DNA of 25,186 nucleotides from a virus (Duplodnaviria; Heunggongvirae; Uroviricota; Caudoviricetes): IMG/VR virus record IMGVR_UViG_2563366883_000011; one strand, 5' to 3'. Shown piece by piece: positions 23,900 to 25,186 of this stretch (position 1 is its first letter; each line of letters starts with the position of its first letter). The notes under the pieces were generated by a model. It saw only the letters and a program-made list of their open reading frames with translations, ran no database searches and was not told where the DNA came from. The position numbers and the translations under genes were made by a program.

Positions 23900-25186
23900 A
23901 TGAGTAACGCATCATACCCGACAGGCGTTGAAAACCATGGAGGATCACTCCGTATATGGTTTCACTATAATGGCAAACGTGTCAGAGAAAACCTCGGTGT
24001 TCCTGACACAGCCAAAAACCGGAAGATCGCTGGTGAACTTCGCACTTCCGTTTGTTTTGCAATCAGAATGGGGAGTTTCGACTACGCCGCGCAGTTCCCT
24101 AATTCCCCTAACCTGAAACACTTTGGTCTGGGAAAAAGAGAGATAACCGTTAAGGCACTTTCGGAAAAATGGCTGGACCTTAAGAAAATTGAGATAGGAA
24201 GTAATGCATTCAGTCGGTATCAATCCGTGGTGAGAAACATGCTTCCTCGCATAGGGGAAAAACGTCTTGCTTCGTCGGTAACAAAGGAAGATTTACTGTT
24301 TATCAGGAAAGACTTGTTAACCGGGTATCATAATCTCTCTAACGGAAAAACAACGCCGATTAAAGGAAGGTCAGTAGTTACGGTTAATTACTACATGACG
24401 ACAATTGCAGGAATGTTTCAATTTGCGGCTGATAACGGCTATATCGTGTCAAACCCATTTAACGGGCTGACACCATTAAAGAGATCCAGAACAGAGCCAG
24501 ATCCGCTCACGCGTGACGAATTTATTCGCTTTATTGATGCCTGTCACCATCAACAAACGAAAAACCTGTGGTCCTTAGCAGTATACACAGGCATTCGTCA
24601 CGGTGAGCTAATAGCTCTCGCCTGGGAGGATATTGATTTAAAAGCTAAAACAATGACTATCCGTCGTAATTATACAAAACTCGGGGAGTTCACTCTACCA
24701 AAAACAGAGGCGGGAACTGATCGTGTTATTCATCTTGTTCAACCAGCTGTTGATGCCCTGAAAAGCCAGGCTGAAATGACAAGGTTTGACCAGCAATATC
24801 AAATTGATGTCAAACTGCGGGAGTTCGGACGCAGCACAAGCCATGAATGCACGTTTGTTTTTAATCCGCAACTGGTGAAAAAATGCCAGCACGTCGGCCA
24901 CCACTATAAAGCAGATTCCATCAGAGATTCCTGGGCATCTGCATTAAGGCGAGCAGGACTGCGGCACAGAAAAGCCTATCAGTCCAGGCATACTTATGCC
25001 TGCTGGGCATTATCGGCAGGAGCGAATCCAAGCTTCATAGCAAACCAAATGGGCCATGCAAATGCACAAATGGTATTCAACGTTTACGGTGCATGGATGG
25101 AAGATAACAATATCGGGCAAATAGAACTACTCAATAAGCAGTTGACAGAGAGTGTCCCATACATGCCCCATAGAGCCAGACTCTGA
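23900..25186 (+). CDS. int: Tyrosine integrase (phage integrase family) with N-terminal arm-binding domain
   Basis: 428 aa. Catalytic-domain blocks (TGIRHGELIALAWEDID; HRKAYQSRHTYACWA; MGHANAQMVFNVYGAWM) containing candidate R, H-x-x-R and Y residues. GGAGG SD before ATG at 23900; stop at 25184-25186. Confidence 0.9.
   Translation: MSNASYPTGVENHGGSLRIWFHYNGKRVRENLGVPDTAKNRKIAGELRTSVCFAIRMGSFDYAAQFPNSPNLKHFGLGKREITVKALSEKWLDLKKIEIGSNAFSRYQSVVRNMLPRIGEKRLASSVTKEDLLFIRKDLLTGYHNLSNGKTTPIKGRSVVTVNYYMTTIAGMFQFAADNGYIVSNPFNGLTPLKRSRTEPDPLTRDEFIRFIDACHHQQTKNLWSLAVYTGIRHGELIALAWEDIDLKAKTMTIRRNYTKLGEFTLPKTEAGTDRVIHLVQPAVDALKSQAEMTRFDQQYQIDVKLREFGRSTSHECTFVFNPQLVKKCQHVGHHYKADSIRDSWASALRRAGLRHRKAYQSRHTYACWALSAGANPSFIANQMGHANAQMVFNVYGAWMEDNNIGQIELLNKQLTESVPYMPHRARL

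Larger units (their letters stand above)
1..25186. mobile_element. Lambdoid prophage segment (lysis cassette through integrase); att site expected just outside the right edge
   Basis: Gene content and order: HNH, Rz/Rz1, endolysin, holin, Q, nin-type genes, cro/cI with shared operators, early-left genes, xis, int. Genes are densely packed with 4-nt start/stop overlaps. Confidence 0.85.

Noticed and set aside
1..25186. CRISPR array or cas genes
   Set aside because: No regularly spaced direct repeats of 25-40 bp were seen. The only tandem repeat is a 2 x 12-bp in-frame duplication.
25100..25186. attL/attR core at the integrase end
   Set aside because: The integrase stop is the last codon of the window, so the attachment site and any target tRNA lie outside the sequence provided.

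Overview
The window is one arm of a lambdoid enterobacterial prophage, with a Qin / phage-21-like late region, running from the lysis cassette to the integrase. The minus strand carries, right to left: cro, a tightly coupled replication/nin-type operon (Rha-domain fusion, replication-like wHTH proteins, PerC-like protein, N6-adenine methyltransferase, LexA-DNA-binding-domain protein, RusA, KilA-N, DUF968), antiterminator Q, a 1.45-kb non-coding late leader, a NanS-p-like sialate O-acetylesterase, and a pinholin / SAR-endolysin / Rz-Rz1 lysis cassette, then Rha and an HNH endonuclease at the left edge. The plus strand carries cI and an early-left operon (YfdP/YfdQ/YfdR-like genes, a PAPS-reductase-like protein, an Ea22-like protein, several unknowns), ending in excisionase and a tyrosine integrase; the att site should lie just beyond base 25186. 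No stx, tRNA, CRISPR or recognisable multi-gene defence system was found. The most unusual loci are an extra gene wedged between holin and endolysin, two tandem promoter-hairpin-terminator modules where Stx phages carry tRNA/stx, and a 630-nt early-left leader with no N gene. All identifications come from reading the translations and motifs by eye; no database search was run, and non-CDS coordinates are approximate to a few nt.
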